A stretch of 64,000 bases of DNA. It comes from Epiperipatus broadwayi (lineage: Eukaryota; Animalia; Onychophora). Shown here piece after piece: positions 1 to 12,973 of this stretch (the stretch's first letter is position 1; each line of letters begins with the position of its first letter). The DNA is taken from contig JAQFVV010000002.1 of the NCBI GenBank assembly GCA_028023455.1, positions 22,320,001-22,384,000 of the forward strand, read 5' to 3'. A program made the position numbers and the translations under genes. The notes beneath the pieces are model-generated. The model ran no database searches, had not been told where the DNA came from, and saw only the letters and a list, made by a program, of their open reading frames with translations.

Positions 1-399
1 TATCCAAATATTGACACAAGTTATAGAATGGATTAATAAATGTTAATTGCCATTATTCTTTGGGTTTGTGGATTATGAAAAGGCATTTGATTCTATAAGC
101 ATTTACACAGTGATTAAAGCTTTGGAGACTATAAAGATATGGATCTGGGATGTTATCAGTTTCTGAAAATTTTTTACCAAATGCAACAGCAGTGATGATT
201 CCAAGATAATTTTACAAGAAATATTTTGTGAATTTAAATGAGAGACTAAGAGAATATGAACACATAAGATTTAGGTCATTTAGATTTTGTGGCTAATGTT
301 GTTATTTTTGTAAATAATGTTTCAAAACTTCAGAAAATATTGTAAGAGTTATCAGATGAAAATTAGAAAATAGAACTAAAGATAAATATAATTAACATG
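1..399 (+). mobile_element. RTE-clade non-LTR retrotransposon, degenerate RT fragment (left half, interrupted by the LTR element)
   Basis: Manual translation gives LPLFFGFVDYEKAFDSISIYTVIKALE and HLDFVANVVIF...LQKIL*ELSDEN*KIELKIN, matching RTE RT motifs (FVDYEKAFDS; HLRFADD...GLKIN). Contains stops and deletions. Confidence 0.85.
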
Positions 400-2093
400 T
401 ATAACAGGGCTGGGTTTAAACCCTGCTCTAAAGTATGGAAGGATATAGGCATGCATATATATTTAATCAAAAATTATAATACAATTCTTTTCTTTTGTGT
501 GTATGTTTAAATGGAGAAATAGAAATAGATTAAAACAGAAAGGGGAGAGGGATTATAGGGTTTGTGCTCTTGTATTTTGTTTAAAACACATGTAATTATA
601 TTACTGTATGGATGGATAAGTGGAATGGATTCACTAAAAAAGAAAAATAGTAAGGCAAAGTTTTATTTCCAAGATGGAAGTCGGAGTAGAGGATTGTCAA
701 AAGGATATGTTAAATGTAAGAAAAAGAATCAAAAATGTATAGATTGCTATCTTGATAGATAAAATTTATTTTAATTAAAAGAAAAATGTTAAGAAAGAAA
801 ACAATGAATGGTCGAATATGGATTTTTGAGGTGTTGATTGAAATTCCTTGACATCAAGAAAAAAGTTGCTAAAAGGTTTTTGCAAACCTAAGAATACCAC
901 GTGGTGTCTTTTGAAAGGAAAGAAAAAAAAGAAAGGATAAAAAGAAAAAGGAACAACAGATAATTAATTAGATTCTTTAGTCAGACTTTGGTGGCTATTC
1001 TAGAAAGACTTATTCTACTAGCAAGATCGCAGAAATATTATTTTAAAAAAAATTATATATAACCGTCAGCCATGAATAGGCTGGGGTAAAGACTGAAACG
1101 GGCTGGGCTCTGCCAGCCACCCTGCAAAGATACTGCAGATGCCATCTACGTAGGAATGAAGCCCCTCTTAGACCTGACAAGCAGAATGATTTTCACTGAA
1201 CGTCCCTGATATTGCATTAAGGAATTGACTGAGAGACATTTATCAAAAAGCACCTATTCACCACGCCCCAGTGTCGAGTGAACCCATATTGTTATTCATC
1301 TACATCCCCAGGGGAGAAATCAAGGTAATATGAACACTTTCTTAAGCACTATTCACTTTGTAAATATTAATTTGTTTCCAATAATAATAATGCGTAAAGA
1401 CTAAAAGAGAAAAAGGAAATCTTTGATATATCGTCAAATGTAATTATACGGATGAATAGACTAAATACTGAATTATTTCATTTGTCTTGTATTATCTGAT
1501 TTTTATTATATTTATTTGTTTATGCAGTATATGTATTTGCATGTGTTATATTTAAATATTTGAGCACAAGCTAGTAAATAATTATTATGGGATTTTGTTT
1601 TTACATTAATGACTATTAAATCTTTGTTTAAGTACGAGTGTATGTGTTTCTGTTTTGACTTCTTTAAATTTAGATTGTATCATAGAGATATAGATTTATA
1701 ATAAAAATATATTAAGAGTCATTTAAGCATCTATGTGTGCATTTCTTCCCCCATATCTTTCTCGCAGTTAATAACCACCCGCCCTGAGCGAGATAGCCAG
1801 AGGTAGGAGTTCTATCTATTCAAAATTAATACTCAATCTCTCCCAGCATACTTCTTATTTACTTTTAGATAAGATTGGCACTTGGAGTCAGAAATTGACA
1901 TCCATAAATGTTCTGGGTGAGAAATAAGAGTACCGTGTAGAATTACTGACTGGATACATAATTATTTATATATATTTTTGTTATAATTTTAAAAGGAGAG
2001 GAAAAAGGAAACTATTACATTATAATTATGTAAATATGCGTGTGTCATATATATATATATATGTGATTCACACGTATAGGGTACCCCATTGCA
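400..2093 (+). repeat. 5' LTR (~1.7 kb)
   Basis: Aligns along its whole length with 3995-5982. Confidence 0.9.
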
Positions 2094-2094
2094 A

Positions 2095-2112
2095 TGGCAT
2101 CCCAATGAAGGA
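2095..2112 (+). promoter_or_regulatory. Putative primer-binding site, degenerate, closest to tRNA-Lys type (TGGCGCCCAACGTGGGGC)
   Basis: TGGCATCCCAATGAAGGA begins 1 nt after the LTR-terminal CA. The tRNA assignment is from memory and has several mismatches. Confidence 0.5.
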
Positions 2113-2470
2113 GCTTTTGAAGAGTGGAAAGCAAGGGGGGGGCAGAATATAAGTTAAATATAAGAGCTAAATATAACAGTTAAATGTGAGGGTTAAATAT
2201 AAGAGTTAAATGATAATAATAAAAGAATTAACGTGAATTATTATAATTGTTTGGATGAATTTTAAAGAGAGATCAAAGAATAGGTTTGGAGTGGGTTAGA
2301 TAGGAAAATTAGACAGGTAACACAGTACTTCGGGCATGGAAAGCAGATACGGTGCATTTGATGTAGAAATGGTTGACATAAAATTGTTATAATTAGTTGT
2401 TATTAGAAACAGTGATAGATATAAAAATAAAGTAACATAAAGTGAATGTGAATAAGATTACAGAAAAAAA

Positions 2471-3060
2471 ATGGATCAGCAGAAAGAAAAGGAGGGAGAA
2501 TTAAGCATGATAGAAATTATTATGGAAAAATTGGAAAGGAAATTTCAGGAATTCATGGAAAGGATTGAGAAAAGATTGCAAGAATTAGAACGGAAAATAG
2601 AAGGGAAAAAAGAAAAGTGTCTAAGGGAAGAGAGTGAGGAAAAAGCCAGTAGAGGAAGAAAGTATAAGTAAAGATGAGAAGTCTAGTGAAAAGAGAGTAG
2701 GAGAAAATCAGAGTGAGTGCAAAGAAGAAAAAAGCAGGGAGATAAGATAAAGATAGCAGAAGTGCGAAAAGCCGTGACAAAGAACTCATCGGCGCTGATT
2801 GAAGTAAAGAAATTTTTAAATGATGGGATGTCTGCCAGTCATATGACAAAAGCTCCAGTTGAGCATATAGAAAGTTTATGAAAGTATTTCAGCAGCAATC
2901 TGATGTCTGAAATAAAAAAATAGCTCTCGTAAGCGAATTAGCTGTGAAAGAAATAATAAGGGAGCCTAAATTAATGAATCTTAGAGAACAAGATTATGAA
3001 ACAGTACAGCAATGGCATTGTGGAAATGGAAAAATGGTGACAGTTGTGTAGGCTGACCCA
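2471..3060 (+). pseudogene. Degenerate gag-like coiled-coil ORF of the LTR element
   Basis: ORF 2471-2671 (MDQQKEKEGELSMIEIIMEKLERKFQEFMERIEKRLQELERKIE) is a charged heptad-like stretch after the PBS. Broken reading frames continue to ~3060. No diagnostic gag motif seen. Confidence 0.45.
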
Positions 3061-3994
3061 TGACTGACGAAAATGTCAAGTTTACCAATGTTCAAAGATG
3101 GACAAGAAATTGATCGACTTTGAGTAAATGAACAGAAAAAAAGTTTTTTTTTAGTATTATTGCTAGATGGTGCGTTTAATATTTATCATATTTATTATGT
3201 GGATTTTATACAAAGCCAAGTATATAGAGAAAGTAGGATTTTTTTTCTTTTGGGTGTGTGTGTGTGCAATGTGTTTTTTTGTGGGTGTAAGCTCAGAGAG
3301 TCAGATAAGTTGTGGCTATGGAGCTGTGGGAGGGAAGTGATCTCGCAATTCTGTCAGTGGATGGTGAGATTGGCTGCTGGATCAAGCACGTGTGTTGCGC
3401 ACTGTATATAGCTGCTGTTAATTACTGACATGGTCGACCTATCTAACATAAGATGCAGACGCTAAAAGTCTGTCAACTCAAGCTGGTAAGACTCCAAAGA
3501 GAGCATGGCATTCACATACAGTCCCACCTGTAAGACTCCAGAAGTGAGCAAGGTCTAGGGCAGCCTATACTTAACCTGAAGACTCAAAGTAAGAGTCGGG
3601 TATTATTTTAACTATCTACACTCCTAAGACTCAGAAACAGCAGAGTGTGGTTAGGAAAGTTCTTCCATATATATATAATTTTTTTTTGGGGGGGGGGGTC
3701 GTGTAACCAAAGCCAGTTGAATGGGGGTTAGCTGTATGTTGTGCGTCACAGGCAGTATGAGCATGAGTGGTGGTCGGACCCATTGTGTATCATTGGGTTG
3801 TTGGTCGTTTTACTCTTTAGTTCCAAAGTTGCATGGCTGGGAAGGTAAATAAAATTGATTCAAAGATATGCGTATTTTTTGTGTGTGTGTTTTTCTTTGT
3901 GTTTCACTCGCTATTTTTTGAGTCGTTTTGTGGTTTATGAATTTGCCATTCATATACTCAAATGGTATTTGAAGGCTTTCAAAGAGGGGGGTAT

Positions 3995-5982
3995 TATAAC
4001 AGGGCTGGTTCAAATCCTGTTCTAAAGTATGGGAGGATATAGGCATGCATATATATTTAATCAAAAATTTATAATAAAATTTGATTCTTTTCTTTGTGTG
4101 TGTGTGTGTATGTTTAAATGGGGAAATAGAAAGAGATTAAAACAGAAAGGGGAGGGGGCTATAGGGTTTGTGCTCTTGTATTTTGTTTAAACACATGTAG
4201 TTATTTTGCTGCAGGGATGGATAAATGGAGTGTATTCACTAAAAAAGAAAAATAATAAGGCAAAGTTTTATTTCCAAGATGGAAGTCGGAGTACAGGATT
4301 GTCAGAAGGATAGGTTAAATGTAAGAAAAAGAATCAAAAATGTATAGATTGCTATCTTGATAGATAAAATTTATTTTAATTAAAAGAAAAATGTTAAGAA
4401 AGAAAACAATGAATGGTCAAATATGGATTTCTGAGGTGTTAATTGAAATTCCTGGACATCAAGAAAAAAGTTGCTAAAAGATTTTTGCAAACCTAAGAAT
4501 ACCACATGGTGTCTTTTGAAAGGAAAGAAAGGATAAAAAGAAAAAGGAACAATAGAGAATTAATTAGATTCTTTAGTCAGACTTTGGTGGCCATTCTAGA
4601 AAGATTTATTCTAGCAGGATCGTAAAAATATTTAAAAAAAAATTATATATAACCGTCAGCCATGAATAGGTTGGGGTAAAGGCTGAAATGGGTTGGGCTC
4701 TGCCAGCGATCCTGCAAAGATATTGCAGATGCCATCTACATAGAAACGAAGCCCCTCTTAGACCTGACAAGCAGAATGATTTTAACCAAACATCCCTGAT
4801 ATTGCACTAAGGAATCGACTGAGAGACACTTATCAAAAAGCACCTATTCACCATGCTGCAGTGTCGAGCAAACCCATATTGTTATTCATCTACACCACCT
4901 GGGGAGAAATCAAGGTAATATGAACACTTTCTTAAGCGCTATTCACTTCATAAATATTAATTTGTTTCCAATAATAATAATGCATAAAGACTAAAAGAGA
5001 AAAAGGAAATCTTTGATATATCGTCAAACATAATTATACAGATGAATAGACTAAATACTGAATTATTTTGTCTTGTATTATCTGATTTTTATTATATTTA
5101 TTTGTTTATGCAGCATATGTATTTGCATGTGTTATATTTAAATATTTGAGCACAAACCAGTAAATAATTATTATGGGATTTTGTTTTTATATTAATGACT
5201 ATTAAATCTTTGTTTGAAAGTATGAGTGTATGTATTTCTGTTTTGACTTCTTTAAATTTAGATTGTATCATATAGATAGAGATTTATAGTAAAAATAATA
5301 TATTAAGAGAGTCATTTAAGCATCTATATGCGCATTTCTTCCCCCCATATCTTTCTCACAGTTAATAACCACCTGCCCTGAGTGAGCTAGCCAGAAGTAG
5401 GAGTTATATCTATTTAATCTCTCCCAGCATAATTTTTATTTACTTGTAGATAAGATTGGTGCTTGGTGTCAGAAATTGACATCTATAAATATGCTGGGTG
5501 AGAAATAAGAGTACTGTTTAGAATTACTGACTGGATACATAACCACCTTATCCTCAAAAAAAAAACCCCCAAAACCACCCCCCACTTTTGAGGGGAGAGG
5601 TTGCTTTTTTCATATGGAAATGGAAGGAAAAAAAAAAAAAAAAAAAAAAGGAAGGTTATAAAAAAAAAAAGAATAAAACACAAAAAAAAAGAAGAAGAAA
5701 GAGGAGGAAAAAGAAAGGAGGTGGTAAGGTGTTTAAAGGGGAAGGGGAAGGATAATTCTTTTTTTTTTTTTTTTTTACTAAAAATTGAATTTTTAATTAT
5801 ATAAATATGTTGTGATTTAATAAAGTGTGTTACTTAAAATAAAAATAAAAAATAATAATTATTTATATATATTTTTGATATAATTTTAAAAGGAGAGGAA
5901 AAGGCAAACTATTATGTTGTAATTACATAAATATGTCTATGTCATATATATATGATTTCCACATATAGGGTACCTGGTTACA
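3995..5982 (+). repeat. 3' LTR, containing a ~310-bp later insertion
   Basis: Copy of 400-2093. Extra sequence at ~5542-5855 is absent from the 5' LTR. Confidence 0.9.
5542..5855 (+). mobile_element. Low-complexity, homopolymer-rich retroposed-like insertion in the 3' LTR
   Basis: Present only in the 3' LTR. Ends AATAAAGTGTGTTACTTAAAATAAAAATAAAAAATAAT (poly(A) signal plus A-rich tail). Confidence 0.5.
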
Positions 5983-5986
5983 CATG

Positions 5987-6400
5987 AGATATAGATTTTT
6001 TTTCAGAATAAAATAAAGATTGATAATTAGAAATTAACAACAACAAATACTTTGTGGCAATGAATATAGTGAGTTTTTGCCTGTTTTAACAAATACTTTA
6101 GTTAGATTATTAATACAGATGGAAATATAATAGATGAAATTAATTTTAGAATTAAACTTGGATGGCATACTTTTGGTAGAAATATTTTTAACATTAAAAG
6201 AATTATGTCTTATATTTTTGAAAAAAAAAGAAGAAAGTTTTAAATAGATGTGTTTTATCAATTACTAGATATGGATATGAGACTTGAACCCTAGACAGAA
6301 GAGCATACAAAGACTTCAGATCATTTTAACAAAATTTGGAGAGATACACTGTAATGGTATGGAGAGTTAGGTCAATATGGGGCGATGGCAAATTATCATT
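5987..6400 (+). mobile_element. RTE-clade LINE, right half (post-RT region)
   Basis: Translates EINFRIKLGWHTFGRN...KVLNRCVLSITRYGYET*TLDRR, matching RTE EIxRRIxLGWxAFG...YGxETW. Confidence 0.85.
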
Positions 6401-8699
6401 ATAAACACACATCACATCTATAAAATTATTAAATATAAAAGGGAGAGCATCAAATAAGTACAACAAAACTATAAGTATAGTTATACAATAATAAGCTATA
6501 ATGTACAGATTACTTAGCATTAGAGAAGAATAATCATTAACTCAACAATCATCAGACAAAAGTCAGTCAACTTTGTGATTGGATTTAAAGAGGTATATTA
6601 TAAACCAAGCTACTTATCTAGCCACTGACAAACTCGGAAAAATGTAACAATACTGTATGAGCTCTAAAGTGCTAATTCATCACTTATAATACAAACATGC
6701 TGGGATACAGAAACATGCTGTTCATCATCAATGCTCTGACCACATAGCACTATTAATGTATTGACCAACTATAAATTTAATTTTTAATGAAAAACAAAAT
6801 GCAGTGAATGGACTTCAAAGATGATGTCTTTGTGCCATCCACAGTTATTATCTGGATGGTTAAGCACAAATATAAAATCCCTATATTTATATAACTAACT
6901 ATTATGCTACACGTGAGTAAGAAATAAATAAATATAACAGCTTATTCTAATTTATTTTATAATAACTTTACTGGTATAATTTGAAAAACATTTCTTTAAA
7001 CTCTAAGCTGTATTGAAATCAAGTCACACACACTGCTAATTAATGGAACAGATAGCTGGAGGAATAAAACTTTAATGGTAAAATATGTTTTAAACAATTA
7101 TTTAACAAAATCACTGATTAATTATTAAAAAATGACATGATAATATGATAATTTAAATTTATACATTCTTATCAAAAGTATAGTTTTATATAAATAAAAA
7201 AAGTCTAACCATTTGATTTTCATTCATTAATTGAATTAACTTTTTCTGCATTGAGTTATTTTTTTCCAATAAGTAAAATTGGAAAACAGCTTTTTAATCG
7301 GAGATAAGGAGTTAAATTAGCTGAATCCTTTGTATAATTTTGGAAGTAAAATAAATGAATGAATAAAAATGTCAAATTTAACTTTAAAAAATTATAAATT
7401 TGAATGGAAAAAAATCACATGAACAAAAAATGTTTCTCAAGAAAATGCTTTACATTCAAAATTTTTAGTGTTTCCATGTAGGTTTTTTTTTTTTTAAGGC
7501 TTCTCACTTCCAGGTTACTGTGTACAGTTATTACTTGGCAATAGAAGATTTCATTCTAACAAACAACAAGAATTTATTCACTTTCTTTCCAATAAAATTT
7601 CTAGGTCAGGCTCTCATTCTCTTGATTGGAGACAAGGCTGCTGATTACTTCATGGGTATCTTTACATTTTTTATTTTCAGTATAGTATGTTACATGGAGA
7701 AAGATGATGTTTAACATTTACCTAAACTTAGCACATGGTTGAATTCATCTTTGAAAATTTTTATAGCTAAACCCAGTGTGCTCTGCGCAGTATAAATTCT
7801 TCAACAGCTTGATTAGAACTTTTTCCTCCTACTGTCTTAAGCAGCTAGTTTAGAACTGACTATTCTCTTCAACAGCTGGATCAGGAATACTTTCTTCTCA
7901 GACATTTAGATCAACTGATTGACTCACATCCCTAGTTTTGGAACAAATCTCAGCAAATCACAATGTCTACTTTATGACAAAATTTAATAATAACTAATTA
8001 GATCAATTTTGACAAAAACAATTATTCAGCTATTTCCCTCTTTCAACATTGAGATTAGAAAACAAGTCATAAACTCAATATAAAATCATAGTTTTGACAT
8101 TTCCTTTTAATTAAAAAATATTTTCTGGCCAAAAAGAAAACAAGATAAGGAGATTAATTACACTTGCCTTAGAGATAAAGAATACAAAAAAACAACCTTT
8201 TCTTAATGAAAATAAAGTTTACCAATTGTTTAAAAAAATTTTCTTATAAAAAAAACTTTATACATACATTTTTATTTACTTTATTTCTGTTAATGTTAAA
8301 AATAAAAATTTAAATAATTTAATGAAATGAAAGTTTTTTCTCTCAATGATTTTCAAAACTAAAAATTAAACTAGGAAATAGGTAAAATTATTGAAGGGAG
8401 AGAACAAAAGAAATTTATTGTTTTATAGTTTTTCCCCTCTTTTACAATCCTTTATATGTAATTATAAATTTTATTAAACGCTCACTATTATTTCAGTAAT
8501 AGTTTTAACAAGGCTGTAAACCTTAGCAATGTATGTTTAACATATCTGAAAATGTTCATATTATCATATGATGAGAAAAAAATCTTTTATTTTTAAAAAA
8601 TGGAAGATTAAATACTATTTCCTTATGAACTACTTAACTCTAAACTTAAGGAGCATGTTGGCAACTATTATTGTTAATACAGCAATGTAGCCACCACAT

Positions 8700-8960
8700 G
8701 GCTACAATGTCTTGTGAATAGCAAGTGGAGTTCAAAAATGAAATACATGAGTAAGAAGACAAACAGGTACTACTGTTATTGAAAGGAATAAGAAAGTGAA
8801 ATGAAGATGGGATAGACATATTGCTAAAAGGGTTGATAATAGCTGAAAAGTTAAGGTAACATTTTGATATCAAAAGACTCTTAAGTCTAGAAAGTGACCA
8901 TATTTCAGATGAATGTATGGAACAAGGATATTTGTTAATAATATAGACTTGAGATTGAAG
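8700..8960 (+). mobile_element. RTE-clade LINE 3' fragment
   Basis: VIERNKKVK*RWDRHIAKRVDNS* resembles the RTE C-terminal KWRWAGHIARRxDNRW motif. Confidence 0.65.
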
Positions 8961-10420
8961 AACTGGATTAAACTTGGGGAAACTTTTATGATATATATAT
9001 ATATTGTGCCGGACCATACTTTCCTGTGGAATTCTGCTCCTAATCTTGTACTGAACATGAAGTGCTGAAGATTTAACAGGGAAAGAAATGGATACCAATT
9101 TAGCAGATTGTCTGTACTCATATATATTGGTACTTCCAGCTAAACTGATAGAAAGAGTGAATTGACAGGACTCTGCCAATTAAAACCCTCTTTAGTTAAT
9201 ATCCTTCTCGAATGCCTGAATGTTTAGGACCTATGGTAAGTACACATCTTTGAAAAGTCTATTTACAAATAGCTTTTGCATGGCACTCCTAGAAAAGAAT
9301 AAAAATGAATTTCTTCCCCTCCTAGAAGGATATCCAATACCATATGTACAGCAGAGCATGATAATAAGATTTAACACCCTGGTAGAGCGATATCCCATGT
9401 GGCTAGCTCAGTACAATCTATATCCAGGGTTGTCAATGGGTAAGTTAAATGGTTATAATAGGTACGTGATTGATAAGGAAAGAGTATATTTTATTAAATA
9501 AATAATAATACGAAAACGAAACAAATTTAATATTATGATCAAGTATTTATTTAATCCCGGATACCCACCATCGTTTCATACTTAAAATGATATAATAAAA
9601 ATAAATGAATGAATTATTATCACAAACCCATATATATATATATATTTGATGCTTTGAAATAGATAAATCATAAATACAAATTTTAAATGAATAAGAAAAA
9701 TAATATATCCCTGAAGCTATTTACAATGTTTCATAAAGAATGGAAGTGTTCTGAGCTTTTTACCCTGTAGAAATAAGTTATACTTTGTGTGATTTGATAT
9801 ATATATTTTTCAGATAAGAGATTTTCAGTTATACAGGCATACACTTCTACTCAGGACTTTAAAACCTTTTTTATTGAAAGCAAATATATATTTCACTAAC
9901 TTCGTATTTTACAATATGTCAATAAGGTTGTGTTAGCTTAGATACCATAGAGCACTCAACATGAGGTGCTGTGTCTATTTGCCCTTTATGATAGATAAAT
10001 TCTTATACATGTATATACGTGTAGCACAATTATACACTCATTACTCTTCTAAATGTAAAGTTATTAGTGGACTTGCCTATGGGAAATTTACATTGAATAA
10101 ACCCCTTTGACATTCATCATAAGGTGCTGCAGTAACAAAAAATAACTTAAAAGGAGATACGGATAAATACAGTTTTAGACACTCAACATGTAAGTGTAAT
10201 ATTGACTGAATATTACAAGTGTATGTGCATGTATATACACATGTATATTTATGTATAACAATTTTCAACAAGAAGAAAAACAAGCAGCAACAACAACAAC
10301 AAAAAATAATTGCAACCTTTGCTGAAAATACAAGAATTTGGGATAGAAAAAATGAATTAAAAGATTTAAGTAAAAGCTGTGTCATTATGCCTGTAATAAC
10401 CATAAATTCAATATATATAT

Positions 10421-12973
10421 TATACCGGATACTCAATCTATTCTGAAACAGAGGGCGCCACCAGACCACTATGTGTCTGGAAAATTTGTTTACTGTGATC
10501 AGAATAGATGATGATGATGGTTTGCGCCGACTAGACCCAGGGAGAAACAAGAGATCTTAAATTGTTTAGACAACTGAGACAAAAGCACAAAGACAAATGT
10601 CAGCCAAATTAAGTTTAAACATATTTCATAAATTTTATTATGAGAAAATAAATTATTAAATATAAGTTTATGACACAAGAGATGGGGGTTAACTCAGGCG
10701 TGTACCAGACATACTAAAGGCAAAGCTATGACAGACTGACTGATCTTCTAATAAACAAATGTAAAAGGGAGGAAGCAAATTTCATTCAGCAGAGGATTCA
10801 CCTAAACATTGGTTTTCACTTTCAGATATTTAAACCATATGCCCCTGAAATAGATCAAAGAATCCAGCGCCGAAGAGCTGTTCAAGATCTAAAAAATTGG
10901 TCAGACCTTGAATGTCCTTATATCGGTATGAGCTGCACCTATTACTACGTTTAAAATAACGGTGATTGATCCACCTCAAGAACAACCGACAAACATGACC
11001 GAAATGAAGAAACAATTAAAACTGGTGAATCCCAGCCAAACGATTGGCGAAAAATTACTTTAAAATTAATAATTAATGGTCCCAAAAAGAGACAAGTAAA
11101 TGATTAGAAAAACAGTTACGTCTGCCCCAGCAAATAAAGAAAAGAAAATAAACTTACAAACAAATTCTGAGTACACGCTCTGATAAATTTAAAGCACACA
11201 TAATAACTACAAAAAGAAATCTATCGGAGAGTGCACATGAGTACGAAATATCAAAAGTTTAAATACTCTAGCAGAATGAAAGTATTGCTCACCTGTAATT
11301 TAAGAAAAGATAAAATTTATCTTCCTGCTGATGACTTATAAAATTACAAAGAAAAACACAATTCTAATTTCCGCTTTTTGGAGATATTAGAAACGAAATC
11401 TCCACCTGCGGAAAATTAGACAATAAAGTTGTCAGCCAAAAGATTTTTGGAGGTTTAGCAAGAGAGCAAACATAGAGTATAAAATTAATTATTGAATACT
11501 AAATAATTACAGGTAAGCATAAAAAATATATACAAGACTGCTAAAGCATTTACAAAAGTGAGGCATAAAATATAAAACTCATTCGACACTCTCCAATAAA
11601 CAAAACTGAAAGCAAATTGGAATCTTAAAACTAAGATTCCAAGACACACTACAAAATATTGGAAATTAGAGCAAATATTAAATAGGAGGCTATATTGATT
11701 TAAGAATACATATTTATGATTAGATTGAGCGGAGATTTAATGAGAATTAATTTACCCTGGGAAGAATAAAAACGAAAATAATTACCTTTCGGTAAAAGCA
11801 ATGTTCACGGAGAGTGCGCACTTTTACTTAAGTTCATTTTCAGGTTCTTGAGGCAGCAAGGTAGATGTACGGAGGTTCCGGCTTCTTTTAGGTGTTCAAG
11901 GCATTACTGGAGCAAACTTGGAAGTCAGGGATCCGTCTTTTATGGAGTTAGCCAGCCATTCGGGTGGTGATAACAAGTATAGAATTTTTCATTTTTGCAA
12001 GCGAAAGTCTTTAATAGCAGCTGATGTCCTTTAATTAAGAAATTTAAATGTCCGCTCTGCTATAACTTTCATGTGAGAAAACCACTTGTCTATCTCTCAA
12101 AAATGGATTAACTGACCCTCCAAATTTCCGGGGTTATTTATACGTTGCTCCATTTCCCGCGAAACACTTTCCTTGTTGTTCAATTTCTTCACCTTAGGCA
12201 GGGCAAATATTAATCTCCCGCTCAATCTATCTAGGAATTCTACCCAGGGTTTATTGTGAAATGAAAACAACAACATAAAAATCAAATCTCCGCTATCAAA
12301 AATTGTTTACAATAATTAAAATAAAAGCAACAGGAATGCAATTAGCTAGCCAGCTTGTTTTTAAATCAAATGGATTTAAAAACAGGCGGTATAAAAATTC
12401 TTCTAAAATAAATCGATAAACATTTAAAAAAAATCCGTTTTACATATAAATGCGTGTGTATTTTGATATACACATTCTGTTTAAATAATAATGAAATTTA
12501 AATCTTACGTTTAATGAAACTTAAAAGCTTAGTAAATTTCTTTTTTTTTGATAACGCAATTGAATCGGATTTCAATCAGGTTCAATATATATGTGAGAGA
12601 GACAACTCTTTTTTTTAAAATGATTAATAATAATAATAAGAAATATATATATATATTTCTAATTATCAGAAATATCAGAATGAATTAATTCAATATTAAT
12701 AAAATATTTTTAAAAGAAACTTATGTAGGTGTTTTCATCTTCTCTTGACTGGGTTTTTGAGTGGTTTCAAATCAACTGGCTGTGTGGTGAGGATTTCATC
12801 TCATTCAGTCATAGGCAAGGTGGCTTTTGTCATCATCATGGCTGGCTAGAACTGGGGTGTTCACATCTTGGCGATTTGGACAGAGAAAGGGTGGGTGCAC
12901 CAGCTGGTTTTCTACCCCACAGTCATTTTAATGGAAGCTCTGGTAAATTTCTCCATATTTTCCATCTGGTATA
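10421..12973. mobile_element. Unclassified GC-richer insertion, possibly a solo LTR
   Basis: GC-richer than its flanks. Ends ATTATACCGGA and TCTGGTATAAT form an imperfect inverted pair. No recognisable protein motif and no clean TSD. Confidence 0.3.

Larger units (their letters stand above)
400..5982 (+). mobile_element. Non-autonomous Gypsy-like LTR retrotransposon (two long LTRs, ~1.9 kb internal region, no pol)
   Basis: Direct repeats 400-2093 and 3995-5982 both start TATAAC and end in CA (GGTTACA in the 3' copy). 4-bp TSD CATG at 396-399 and 5983-5986. PBS-like TGG at 2095. PPT AAAGAGGGGGG at 3981-3991. Removing the element rejoins the RTE sequence. Confidence 0.9.

Noticed and set aside
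400-2093. LTR retrozyme (hammerhead inside the LTRs)
   Set aside because: No CUGANGA...GAAA arrangement found on either strand of the LTR. CTGAGAG, CTGAGTGAG and CCGTCAG near-matches lack the rest of the core.
3484-3655. CRISPR array, or hammerhead/twister ribozyme array
   Set aside because: The conserved part is only ~7-8 nt, the context is eukaryotic with no cas genes, there is no GAAA after the hairpin, and twister pseudoknots could not be built.
7611-7653. Possible small exon GQALILLIGDKAADYFM
   Set aside because: AG/GT boundaries exist, but I recognise no protein family and found no partner exon.
8646-9179. 177-aa minus-strand ORF as a gene
   Set aside because: It is partly the antisense of an RTE fragment and has no recognisable motif.
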